This document shows positions 26,629-36,519 of a stretch of DNA of 64,000 nt, piece by piece. The translations under genes were made by a program, and so were the position numbers. Origin of the DNA: Macrostomum lignano (lineage: Eukaryota); the NCBI GenBank assembly GCA_002269645.1, contig NIVC01001763.1:124001-188000 (forward strand), in the 5' to 3' direction. The notes under the pieces are model-generated. The model was given only the letters and a program-made list of their open reading frames with translations. It searched no databases and was not told the origin of the DNA. Position 1 is the stretch's first letter. Every line of letters starts with the position of its first letter.

Positions 26629-27518
26629 TCAATTTTTTCTGCAATTTTTCAACACAATAAACGCCACCCATCCTAACATTAAATTCACCGTGGAATATGG
26701 TGGAAAGAAACTACCGTTTCTTGACATCGAGATCCATCTGAAGGACTGCGCTATTGAGACCGAAGTGTATCGCAAGCCCACATTTACTAACTTGATGCTT
26801 AATTTCCAGGCGTTGTGCCCCAGGGAATGGAAGACGGGAGTCATTCGTTGTCTGCTTCATTGTGCCTATATAGTATGTTGCTCTTGGTCGTTGCTGCACA
26901 ACGAGTTTACCAACATTATCAATATTCTCACTGCCAATGGATACCCTATCAACTACATCATGAAGGTTATTGGTAATTTCTTAGATGAAAAAATTGAAAA
27001 AAAAGCTTAAACCTAAGCGGCCAGATAGAGAACCAGGAGAACAAATCTTGACTCTTCCTTTTTTGGGCAACTCTTCGATTGTGTTTAAGAGGCAAATTCG
27101 CAAAACTTGCCAAAAATTCTTTAAGACTAAGATTCATGTAGTGTTCTGTACTCATAAAGTCAGTCAATTTGTTGGGAGTTTAAAGTCTCGTGTTCCATGT
27201 GCTCTCAAGGCAGGTGTCATCTATCGTTTTCGTTGCTCTGTTGACCAGAGCATTACCTACATTGGTAAAACCAAGCGACACCTACTCACGAGAGCCAAGG
27301 AACATAGGCAACAAAACTCTCTGATTCATGAACATTTGCTGCAATGCCATGGTTGTTGTGATGAGCCAGACATAACCTCTCATTTCAAGGTCATAGACAA
27401 CAGAAAAAATGAGCATAAACTTAACATTCTTGAAGCTCTGCACATTAAGTTACACAAACCCACTCTCAATGTCCAACTATCTGGAGGAAGTGTGAGTGAA
27501 CAGCTGTTGGTGTTCTAA
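26629..27518 (+). pseudogene. PLE reverse transcriptase C-terminus/thumb plus GIY-YIG endonuclease, frameshifted in an A-run near 27000
   Basis: HPNIKFTVE..LPFLDIEI..TEVYRKPTFT..NGYP, followed by GVIYRFRC..TYIGKTKR.L.TR.KEH..LEALHIKLHKPTLN.Q. Confidence 0.93.
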
Positions 27519-27545
27519 GCTAGAGTACATTTGGGGCGCATACGC

Positions 27546-27598
<53 letters not shown>

Positions 27599-27736
27599 CT
27601 CTGTCCTGTCATTCCACAAAAAATATTATGAACATTGCTATACTGTACATTGATCCTTTAGTCCTTTTATATCTTTTCAATACCTGATTTTGTCATCTAC
27701 ACAGTATTTAATAGGTTGAAATAAATTCTGTTCGAT

Positions 27737-27777
27737 AGTGCCTGAAGATGGCTAGTTTTAGCCGAAATGCGTCACAA
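27737..27777 (+). ncRNA. Hammerhead ribozyme copy in the 3' pLTR, degraded by two CpG transitions
   Basis: TGCCTGAAGATGGCTAGTTTTAGCCGAAATGCGTCACAA: GAAAC>GAAAT and GTCGCA>GTCACA relative to the left copy. Confidence 0.65.
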
Positions 27778-27872
27778 ATAATATTGAGTTTTGTCTTACT
27801 ATTATTTGTTAAGAGTGCTTCTCTACCGCAATTCTAGATATAGTAGTTGGTGCTTTAATTGCTAATGCTATA

Positions 27873-28044
27873 CATACATGCGCAACTTTGGGAATCACCC
27901 GGCCGTTTCTATTGGCAACACACGCATGTAAGTCGCTATTGGCTGAGAGCAGTCACGTGACTACTATTCCGTCCAATAGCGACTTACATGTGTGTGTTGC
28001 CAATAGAAACGGCCGAGTGAATCCCAAGGTTGCGCCCAAGCATG
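27873..28044. mobile_element. 172-bp palindromic MITE with CAT...ATG termini (P/Galileo-like or similar)
   Basis: About 70-bp inverted arms (GCGCAACTTTGGGAATCAC...GCTATTGG versus CCAATAGC...GTGAATCCCAAGGTTGCGC); 8-bp TSD ATGCTATA (27865-27872 and 28045-28052). Confidence 0.82.
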
Positions 28045-29217
28045 ATGCTATATTATCAATATTACTACTAATATTAATAATAAAAAGCATTGAATTTATA
28101 TATTGCCATCTAATTAACTATGATTAGGCCCTATTTTAAATAAGATATTGCTATAATGCAAGTGGTTGCAAGCTGCTGCATAGTAAAGTTAGGCATAGCT
28201 TGAGTACAATATGTATTTACTTATAATAAACATAGGAGCTGCTAGGCTATATATGGAAACTAGTATCAAGTAATTGTTATTTTATTTTGATAGATGCAAT
28301 TAAGGTCAAAGACCTTAGCCAAATTCACTTAAAAGTTAAAAGCCTTGCCTTAATGTAAATTTTATTTAATTTTATTCCTCTATCTCTAAGCCCAACATTT
28401 TTTATTATAAACAGCTATAATTAAAGTTTTCTTATCACTATCAGTTCTGTTTTTCTATATATATTACGAGTAGTATTGGCACAATTTTGAAAATCTAAAT
28501 TTTCTGAATATTAAAAAGGTCTAAGGACAATTGGTCTATTGGCTTCTCTTACATATGCAACTTTGGTTCCACATGGTAAAAACTCATCAAATACTGTGTT
28601 GATATGTATTGCACATTTTAATGTGGAATTCAATGTGGGATTCAATGCAGGATTTCCTACACTATAATCTCAACTTGAGTTCTTAAGCCTATTCAACATG
28701 GAATTCAATGTGGGATTCAATGCAGAATTAAATGCGGGATTTCCGGCACTATAATCTCAACTTGAGTTCTTACGCCTATTCAACACGGAATTCAATGTGG
28801 GATTCAATGCGGGATTTCCTACACTAAACTCAACTTGAGTTCTTAAGCATATTCAGCATGGAATTCAATGTGGGATTTCTTGCACTAAACTCAACTTGAG
28901 TTCTTAAGCATATTCAGCATAGAATTCAATGTGGGATTCAATGTGGGATTTCCTACACTAAACTCAACTTGAGTTCTTAAGCATATTCAGCATAGAACTA
29001 GCAATCTACGCCCCCCGTTGGGGAGCCAAAGAAATGCTATACACGTTTTTTTAATAAGCTACATGTATCCTTGAAATCTTAAAAAATCTCCTGTCAAACC
29101 TTGTAAGCCTTGACATGTCAGTAATTCCCCCCCAGCTTTAACATATCAACTTCCCCCCTTGACATCTCAGCAATGCCCCCAATAAGCCTTGGAAATCTAA
29201 AAATATCTGTCAACCTT

Positions 29218-29262
29218 CTAACCCTAACCCTAACCCTAACCCTAACCCTAACCTAACCCTAA
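29218..29262. repeat. Interstitial telomere-like (CCCTAA)n tract
   Basis: Five perfect TAACCC units, one TAACC, and one further TAACCC. Confidence 0.9.
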
Positions 29263-30039
29263 AGCATTGAAATTTCAGTAATTCTCTCTAAGAGTCATTA
29301 TAGCACTACTACAGCATTATAGCGATAAGCTTCTTTTATTTTTTACATAACGCTTCTTTTATCAGCGATCCCTCGCCTGAGGAGGCATCAAATAATGTAA
29401 TAAAAAGTTTTCAATAAACTACATGTAGCTTCTGACTTTAGCCTTGAAATCTCATTTATACCCCCGTGAGCCTTGACATCTCAGCTATTCCCCCCGTCCG
29501 TAAGCCTTGACATGTCAGCGATGGCCCCCATAAACCTTGAAATCTAAAAAATCCACTGTTAACCTTGAAACCCGATAAAATATAACCCTCAACCCACACC
29601 TGACCTAAACCTAACTTTAACCCAACCTAAAGCCTTGAAATCTCAGCAATTCTTCTCCCCTAAGCCTTGACATTTTAGTGATTCCTTCTTTAAGAATCAC
29701 AGCACTATAACGATTTCCACCTACCTTTGACATCGTAGCAATTCCCAAATGAATCTTTTAACTTCGACATGACTTTTCTTTTATGTATACATAGTGCTAC
29801 TTTTATTTTTTACATGACTCTTCTTCTATCAGCGCCCCCCCGTGGCGAGCCAACAAAGAATGCAATAAAAAATTGAGTAAAGTACATGAACTTTGAAGTA
29901 GCTTCTGACTTTTGCTTTGAGATCCCAGAAACAACCCCCCCCTCGTAATCTCAGTTATTCTCTGAGAGCCTTTACGTCTCAGTTTTTCTTCCCAGCACAG
30001 CATTATAGCTGCATTTCATTTTTACATGACATCCTTCAT

Positions 30040-32120
30040 GTCTGACATGACGCTTCTTTTGATTTTTACATTACACTTCTTTTATTCTTCCATGATGCTT
30101 CTTAATTTTTTAAATGATGCTTTCATTAGTTTTTAAATGAGGCTTCTATGATTTTTTCATGACGCTTCTATGATTGTTTACATGACGCTTCTATGCTTTT
30201 TACATGACGCTTTTATGCTTTTTACATGACGCTTCTATGATTATTTCATGACGCTTCGATGATTGTTTACATGACGCTTCTATGATTGTTTACATGATGC
30301 TTCTACGATTTCTGCAGGATGCTTCTATGATTTTTACATGATGCTTCTATGATTTTTTCATGACGCTCCTATGATTTTTTCATGACGCTTCTATGATTGT
30401 TTACATGACGCTTCTATGCTTTTTACATGACGCTTCTATGCTTTTTACATGACGCTTCCATGATTTTTTACATGACACTTCTATGATTTATACATGATGC
30501 TTCCATGATTTTTTCATGACGCTTCTGTGATTGTTTATATGACGCTTCTATGCTTTTTATATGACGCTTCTATGATTGTTTACATGACGCTTCTATGCTT
30601 TTTATATGACGATTCTATGATTGTTTACATGACGCTTCTATGATTGTTTACATGACGTTTCTATGATTTTTTCATGACGCTCCTATGTTTTTTTCATGAC
30701 GCTTCTATGATTTTTTCATGATGCTTCTATGATTTTTACATGACGCTACTATGATTTTTACATGACGCTTCCATGATTTTTTACATGACACTTCTATGCT
30801 TTTTACATGACGCTTCTATGATTATTTCATGACGCTTCTACGATATCTGCAGGACGCTTCTATGATTTTTTACATGACACTTCTATGATTTTTTACATGA
30901 CGCTTCCATGATTTTTTTTCATGACGCTTCCATGATTTTTTACATGACGCTTCCATGATTTTTTCATGACGCTTCCATGATTTTTTACATGGCACTTCTA
31001 TGATTTTTTACATGACGCTTCTATGATATTTTCATGACGCTTCTATGATTTTTTACATGACGCTTCTATGATTGTTTACATGACGCTTCTATGATTGTTT
31101 ACATGACGCTTCTATGATTGTTTACATGACGCTTCTATGATTGTTTACATGACACTTCTATGATTTTTTACATGACACTTCTATGATTGTTTACATGACG
31201 CTTCTATGATTTTTTACATGACACTTCTATGATTTTTTACATGACGCTTCTATGATTTTTTACATGACACTTCTATGATTTTTTACATGACGCTTCTATG
31301 ATTGTTTACATGACGCTTCTATGATTGTTTACATGACACTTCTATGATTTTTTACATGACACTTCTATGATTGTTTACATGACGCTTCTATGATTGTTTA
31401 CATGACACTTCTATGATTTTTTACATGACGCTTCTATGATTGTTTACATGACGCTTCTATGATTTTTTACATGACGCTTCTATGATATTTTCATGACGCT
31501 TCTATGATTTTTTACATGACGCTTCTATGATTTTTTACATGACGCTTCTATGATTGTTTACATGACGCTTCTATGATTGTTTACATGACGCTTCTATGAT
31601 TTTTACACGATGCTTCTACGATTTCTGCAGGACGCTTCTATGATTTTTTCATGACGCTTCCATGATTTTTTACATGACGCTTCTATGATTTTTTACATGA
31701 CGCTTCTATGATTTTTTACATGACGCTTCTATGATTTTTTACATGACGCTTCTATGATTTTTTACATGACGCTTCTATGATTTTTTACATGACGCTTCTA
31801 TGATATTTTCATGACGCTTCTATGATTTTTTACATGACGCTTCTATGATTGTTTACATGACGCTTCTATGATTTTTTACATGACGCTTCTATGATTGTTT
31901 ACATGACGCTTCTATGATTGTTTACATGACGCTTCTATGATTTTTACACGATGCTTCTACGATTTCTGCAGGACGCTTCTATGATTTTTTCATGACGCTT
32001 CCATGATTTTTTACATGACGCTTCTATGATTTTTTACATGACGCTTCTATGATTTTTTACATGACGCTTCTATGATTTTTTACATGACGCTTCTATGATT
32101 TTTTACATGACGCTTCTATA
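30040..32120. repeat. 23/24-bp minisatellite (CATGACGCTTCTATGATTTTTTA)n carried inside the Helitron
   Basis: About 85 tandem units; a recurrent CTACGATTTCTGCAGGA variant. Confidence 0.97.
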
Positions 32121-34877
32121 ATTTTTTAGTTTTATTTTTGGTGTTAAAAAGCTTTAATTAAAAAAATTCCACTCTCTAAAAATTCGAACCATCGTCCCTG
32201 CATTTAGCAGTCAGTCTGTTTACCTCTAGGCTAGCTCTCATCGTTTTGATAACATGAATTTTAGCACTTATAATTATAAGTTTCAAAACTCCAAGCATCG
32301 AGTAAATCACACGAGGCAGTTATGACATAATCAATTTCTCAGTCAGTCAGTATCAGTTAACAATATGGTTACGCAATCTAAATCACGTCTGGTGTTTCGC
32401 TTCTACACTGCATTTTCAATACTGTGACGCAATTCAAGTCGGAGTTACAATTCAGTTATGATGCAATCTATTTCAGAATCAGAATTCAACCAGTCAATTT
32501 TTTTCTAGCATTCTTACAATGCATTTCAAGTCGAAAAGTTTGCTTGACCTTTGCAAAAAAGCATGTTTTTCGAGTATTTAATGCCTTTAGCATCGAGCAA
32601 TTTCTTAGCCAAGACACATGTACCGTCACGGGAAAATTTCTGATCGAACAGTGCAAGTCTCATGAAAATCGGTTAAGCCTTTTTTTCTCTAATCGATTAC
32701 AAGCAAGCAAGCAAGCAAGATTTTCATTTTTAGTATATAGGATTCAATGTGGGATTCAATGTGGGATTTCCTACACTAAACTCAACTTGAGTTCTTAAGC
32801 ATATTCAGCATAGAATTCAATGTGGGATTCAATGTGGGATTTCCTACACTAAACTCAACTTGAGTTCTTAAGCATATTCAGCACGGGATTCAATGCAAGA
32901 TTCAATGCGGGATTCAATGCAGAATTAAATGCAGGATTTCTCATACTATAATCTCAACTTGAGTTATTAAGCCTATTTAGAACAGAATTCAATGCTGGAT
33001 TCAATGCGGGATTCAATGCAAAATTCAATGTGGGATTTCCCACACTAATCTTAACTTGAGTTCTTAAGCCTATGCCTATTCAATGCGGGATTCAATATAA
33101 GAAATAAATCCCACATTTAATTCTGCATTGAATCTTGCATTGAATTCCACATTGAATTCTATGCTAAATAGGCTTAAGAATATTAACTATTAATTAGGAA
33201 AGTAAAAAAGAATATGGTTAAGTTTGTTTAGAATGTATTCTTTAATGCTTGATTAGATTTTTGCAGAAAATTCTGCATTGAATCCCACATTAAATTCCAC
33301 ATAAAATGTGCAACACATATCAATGCAGTATTTGATGTGGTTTTTACTGTGCGGAACCAAAGTTGCATACATGTTTCTCTTATTGTTTCTTCATTGTAAT
33401 AATATGTTTTATGTTGCAACTATTTCATTTTAGAAGAAAAATATTTTAACAAAAAAGAGGAAATTAATTTTTAGTATTTTTTTATATATATTAAGTTAAA
33501 AAGAGCACTATATATTAAGCCAAGGGGCTATCTTCTATCTACTTTTTTAATAATTTTAGTTAGCCCTAGTTCTATTCAAAAGAAAATTTAATGTAAGTTT
33601 TTAGCCAAGGCCTAATTAATTAATATAAAGTCTCTTCTGGTTCCATTTTGTTTTTGTTTTTTTCTCACTGACCAGAATTGGCTATTTGTTTAATTTAATT
33701 GTCATTTTGATTTCTGTTTCTTTACTCTTTAAATAAACAAGCAACATTGATCTGGATTAAACTTAAACTAAAGTTACTTAGTTACATAGCATAGCTGATG
33801 CGATGTAACACTGCAACCCAAAATAAATACCCAAGACACTGCCTATGTGTGATGTATTCTCTAATTTTGATCTGGAATCAGCAAGAAATACTGTCATATC
33901 TAAGTCTTAGTCAACTAGGGCCTAATCAACGTAGTGATGATTCTTGTTACCCTGCCTTGCCTTTAAAGAAAATACATAATATAAAAATTTCTCGAAAAAG
34001 TCAAATTAAAATTTTACAACTTTTAACAAAAAGTTAAATCTTTTGAGCCTTATTAATTTCACTACGCCCTTCTAATTAAATGATAAGTAATCTTCTCTTT
34101 TTTCGGATATCTTCTACTAGCCGATTTACTCTGTTTCTGTAATTGAGCTGTTGCTGCGCATCTAATACCTTTCTGCCCTATGTGATTAATTGTCCTATGT
34201 CTAACAATAAACTTTTGGAAGAACTATTTATTGATTAGTTACTTGCTAATGTTTATAGTATCTGCAATATCTATAATATCTGCTATCATTTCAATTTTAT
34301 ATTGAAGTGTAAAGTACTGATCCTCGTATTTGTATAATTTTAGTTGGACTTGAACATTTGGCTTTAATTTATACCAGATCGACGTTTGCACATACAGTCG
34401 CCCTCTACAGTGTTTTTCTTTGTCATTTATTTTATATCGTCCGAAAGTATTCGAAAATAATAATTTCCCGACATCTAAACACAATTTCATTTTAATCGAT
34501 TTTGAGTTTAACGCTTGTGTTTGTTTAGACTAGCTAGGAGACATATAGAGTTCCCACAATTTAACATCTACGTTAGAGAACGTGAATTGATCTCTAATTG
34601 TAAATAGAATTACGAGTATGAAGAGTCTTACACTCTTACATATAATGCGTCAACTGTCGCATTTTGTCTATGGCAGGACGAGATCTCTGCATCTCCTGTT
34701 TCGTGCGCTCTGCATCTGCGTTGACAGCTATATTGTTGTTGCGTAGATTAAAAATTTAAATTGACCACCGCCTGAACCCTCTGCCAGTTTGCCTCTCTAC
34801 TCTTAAGAAAGCCCAAAGTCAAAGGAAAAGCTGTTGATTAAAAGTTCGACGAAACGCCCTTATTAGCCAGCTGATTT

Positions 34878-35639
34878 ATGCAACCGCCGTGGAACTTCAA
34901 TCAGGGACTGAGCTTTCAGTGCGCCAATGGGTCTTGCAGCGGAGGAGGCTGCAACGTGGATAATAACGACGGATTTCCGTCGCAAGGAATGCAGCAGTAC
35001 CCTGCCAGCACCCCGATGCTTCCGCAGCAGTTCTACTATGGCTCTGACTATCAGCAGCAAAACATGATGGAGCAGTTTCAACAACAACAGCAGCAGCAAC
35101 AGCAGCAGTTTATGCCCCAGATGAATATGGCTACGCCAAACGACTTTCTAATGATGCAGTTCCAGCAGCAGCAGGACCGATCAGAACAGTCGAACGCCAA
35201 TGAGATGTTTGGCGGAGACGGCGGCGTCGGCAACGGCGGAATGTGCAGCGCACTGGGCTGCTGCGGTATGGCGCAGTCGGGCGGATTCGACGGCATGCAG
35301 CAGCAGGTCAGCGGCTGGCCGATGCAGATGTCATTGGCGTCAGGCGACATGCAGTTCGGCATGCAGCCGGGCTGCTCAAGCGGCTCCGAGATGTGCTGCG
35401 GTTTCGGCAGCGACAGCGGCGGAGGCAGCTGCGGCGGCAGCGGCCCCGCAATGATGATGTGCTGCGGCTTTGGCGGTGACAGTAACGGATGCGGCGGCGG
35501 TGGCGGTGGCGCCTCCTCAACGATGTACTGCGGCTTGGGGGCCAACAGTGATGAATGCGGCGGCGGGGGCGGGGGCGCCATGCCGGACTTCGGCAGCTGG
35601 AGCCATTGGGAGCGAGCCGCGCTGCTTCCAGACTTCTAA
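34878..35639 (+). CDS. Single-exon 253-aa orphan protein: Q/M-rich N-terminal half, Gly/Cys-rich C-terminal half with three M(C/Y)CG(F/L)G-x-(D/N)S-x(2-4)-CGG repeats
   Basis: Long GC-rich ORF set in AT-rich flanks, with mixed codons rather than a DNA tandem repeat; ATG to TAA; candidate ATTAAA polyA signal at about 35864. Confidence 0.72.
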   Translation: MQPPWNFNQGLSFQCANGSCSGGGCNVDNNDGFPSQGMQQYPASTPMLPQQFYYGSDYQQQNMMEQFQQQQQQQQQQFMPQMNMATPNDFLMMQFQQQQDRSEQSNANEMFGGDGGVGNGGMCSALGCCGMAQSGGFDGMQQQVSGWPMQMSLASGDMQFGMQPGCSSGSEMCCGFGSDSGGGSCGGSGPAMMMCCGFGGDSNGCGGGGGGASSTMYCGLGANSDECGGGGGGAMPDFGSWSHWERAALLPDF

Positions 35640-36045
35640 ATCTGTTGTTAATGAAGGAACGCAGCTTCTCTAACAGCGCCGGAGCAGTTTTCAGGGAGTG
35701 ATTTATAATAATTTATCCTTCATTTCGGTGTCCCACTCGACCAGACTCAGAAGAGAGTAGAACAAAGCCATGAAGATGCCATGCTAAACCTGAACAGCAT
35801 CGTAACTCCCCCATCGCAGCTGTCCCAGCAGATCTGAATACTAAAGCACGCTTGTGTCTTTTTATTAAATACAGAAGTTTACCGCAATGTTATTTTTTTG
35901 CCTAATGGCTATATGATGCAATCTAGGCATTTACAAGAGCCAAGACTTGCACTTTTACTGACGTTTACAACGTGGTAAACTGTACTATTGGTTCAATATT
36001 CAAGTAACAGTATGAAAAGTATCTAGATGTGCATGTAGAACAGAA

Positions 36046-36519
36046 CAGGGGTCGGCAAACTTTGTTACCTTAAGGGCCGGATAGAGAATCGAGCATATGA
36101 CTGCGGACCAGGCGAGTAGAGAGAGGAGAGGGAATAGAGAAGGGTGAAGAGAGATAGGAGAAGGAGAAGCGAGGGAATACAGGTGAAGAGAGGAGGAGGA
36201 GAGACGAGAGAGGAGAGAGAGGAGAGAGGAGAGACAGAGAGGAGAGACGAGAGATGAGAGAGGAGAGACGAGAGAGGAGAGAGGAGAGAGGAGAGACAAG
36301 AGATCGAGTCGAAAGAGGAGAGAGGAGAGACAAGAGAGAGTCATGAGAGAAGAGACGAGAGGAGAGAAGAGAAGAGGGAAGAAAAGAGAGGAGACTATTA
36401 GAGAGAAGAGAGCTGAGAAGAGACACAAGCCTTGAGCGGGCCGGGTTGCTATTGTGAAGTGTCAAAGGACCCGAGGACTGGATAGAGAGGCTTCGCCGGC
36501 CGGAGTTAGCTGACCCTTG
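36046..36519. mobile_element. Old hAT MITE (CAGGGGTCGGCAAAC-type TIR) with a GA-rich interior
   Basis: CAGGGGTCGGCAAAC versus GTTAGCTGACCCTTG (12/15 match); GGGCCGG subterminal motifs; no TSD retained. Confidence 0.55.

Larger units (their letters stand above)
26462..27832 (+). mobile_element. 5'-truncated Penelope-like retroelement: inverted pLTR, RT/GIY-YIG remnant, pLTR, tail, TSD
   Basis: 171-bp inverted arms (26458-26628 and 27631-27801); a tail of about 30 bp (27802-27832); direct repeat TCTAGATATAGTAGT at 26447-26461 and 27833-27847; PLE-type coding remnant between the arms. Confidence 0.93.
28998..32742 (-). mobile_element. Non-autonomous Helitron (3745 bp) inserted at A|T without a TSD
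   Basis: Minus-strand 5' TCCTATATACTAAAA; 3' GC-rich hairpin GCTCCCC-AAC-GGGGGGC, then 8 nt, then CTAG. Removing the element restores the host unit CAGCATAGAA|TTCAATGTGG exactly. Confidence 0.88.
28552..33373. mobile_element. Foldback-type non-autonomous DNA transposon with long TIRs and internal 60-85 bp tandem units, interrupted by a Helitron
   Basis: Inverted arms ATGCAACTTTGGTTCC...TTCAATGTGGGATTCAATGCAG at about 28554-28650 and 33273-33369; flanking direct repeat TTCTCTTA (28544-28551 and 33375-33382); CTCAACTTGAGTTCTTAAGC tandem units on both sides of the insert. Confidence 0.8.
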
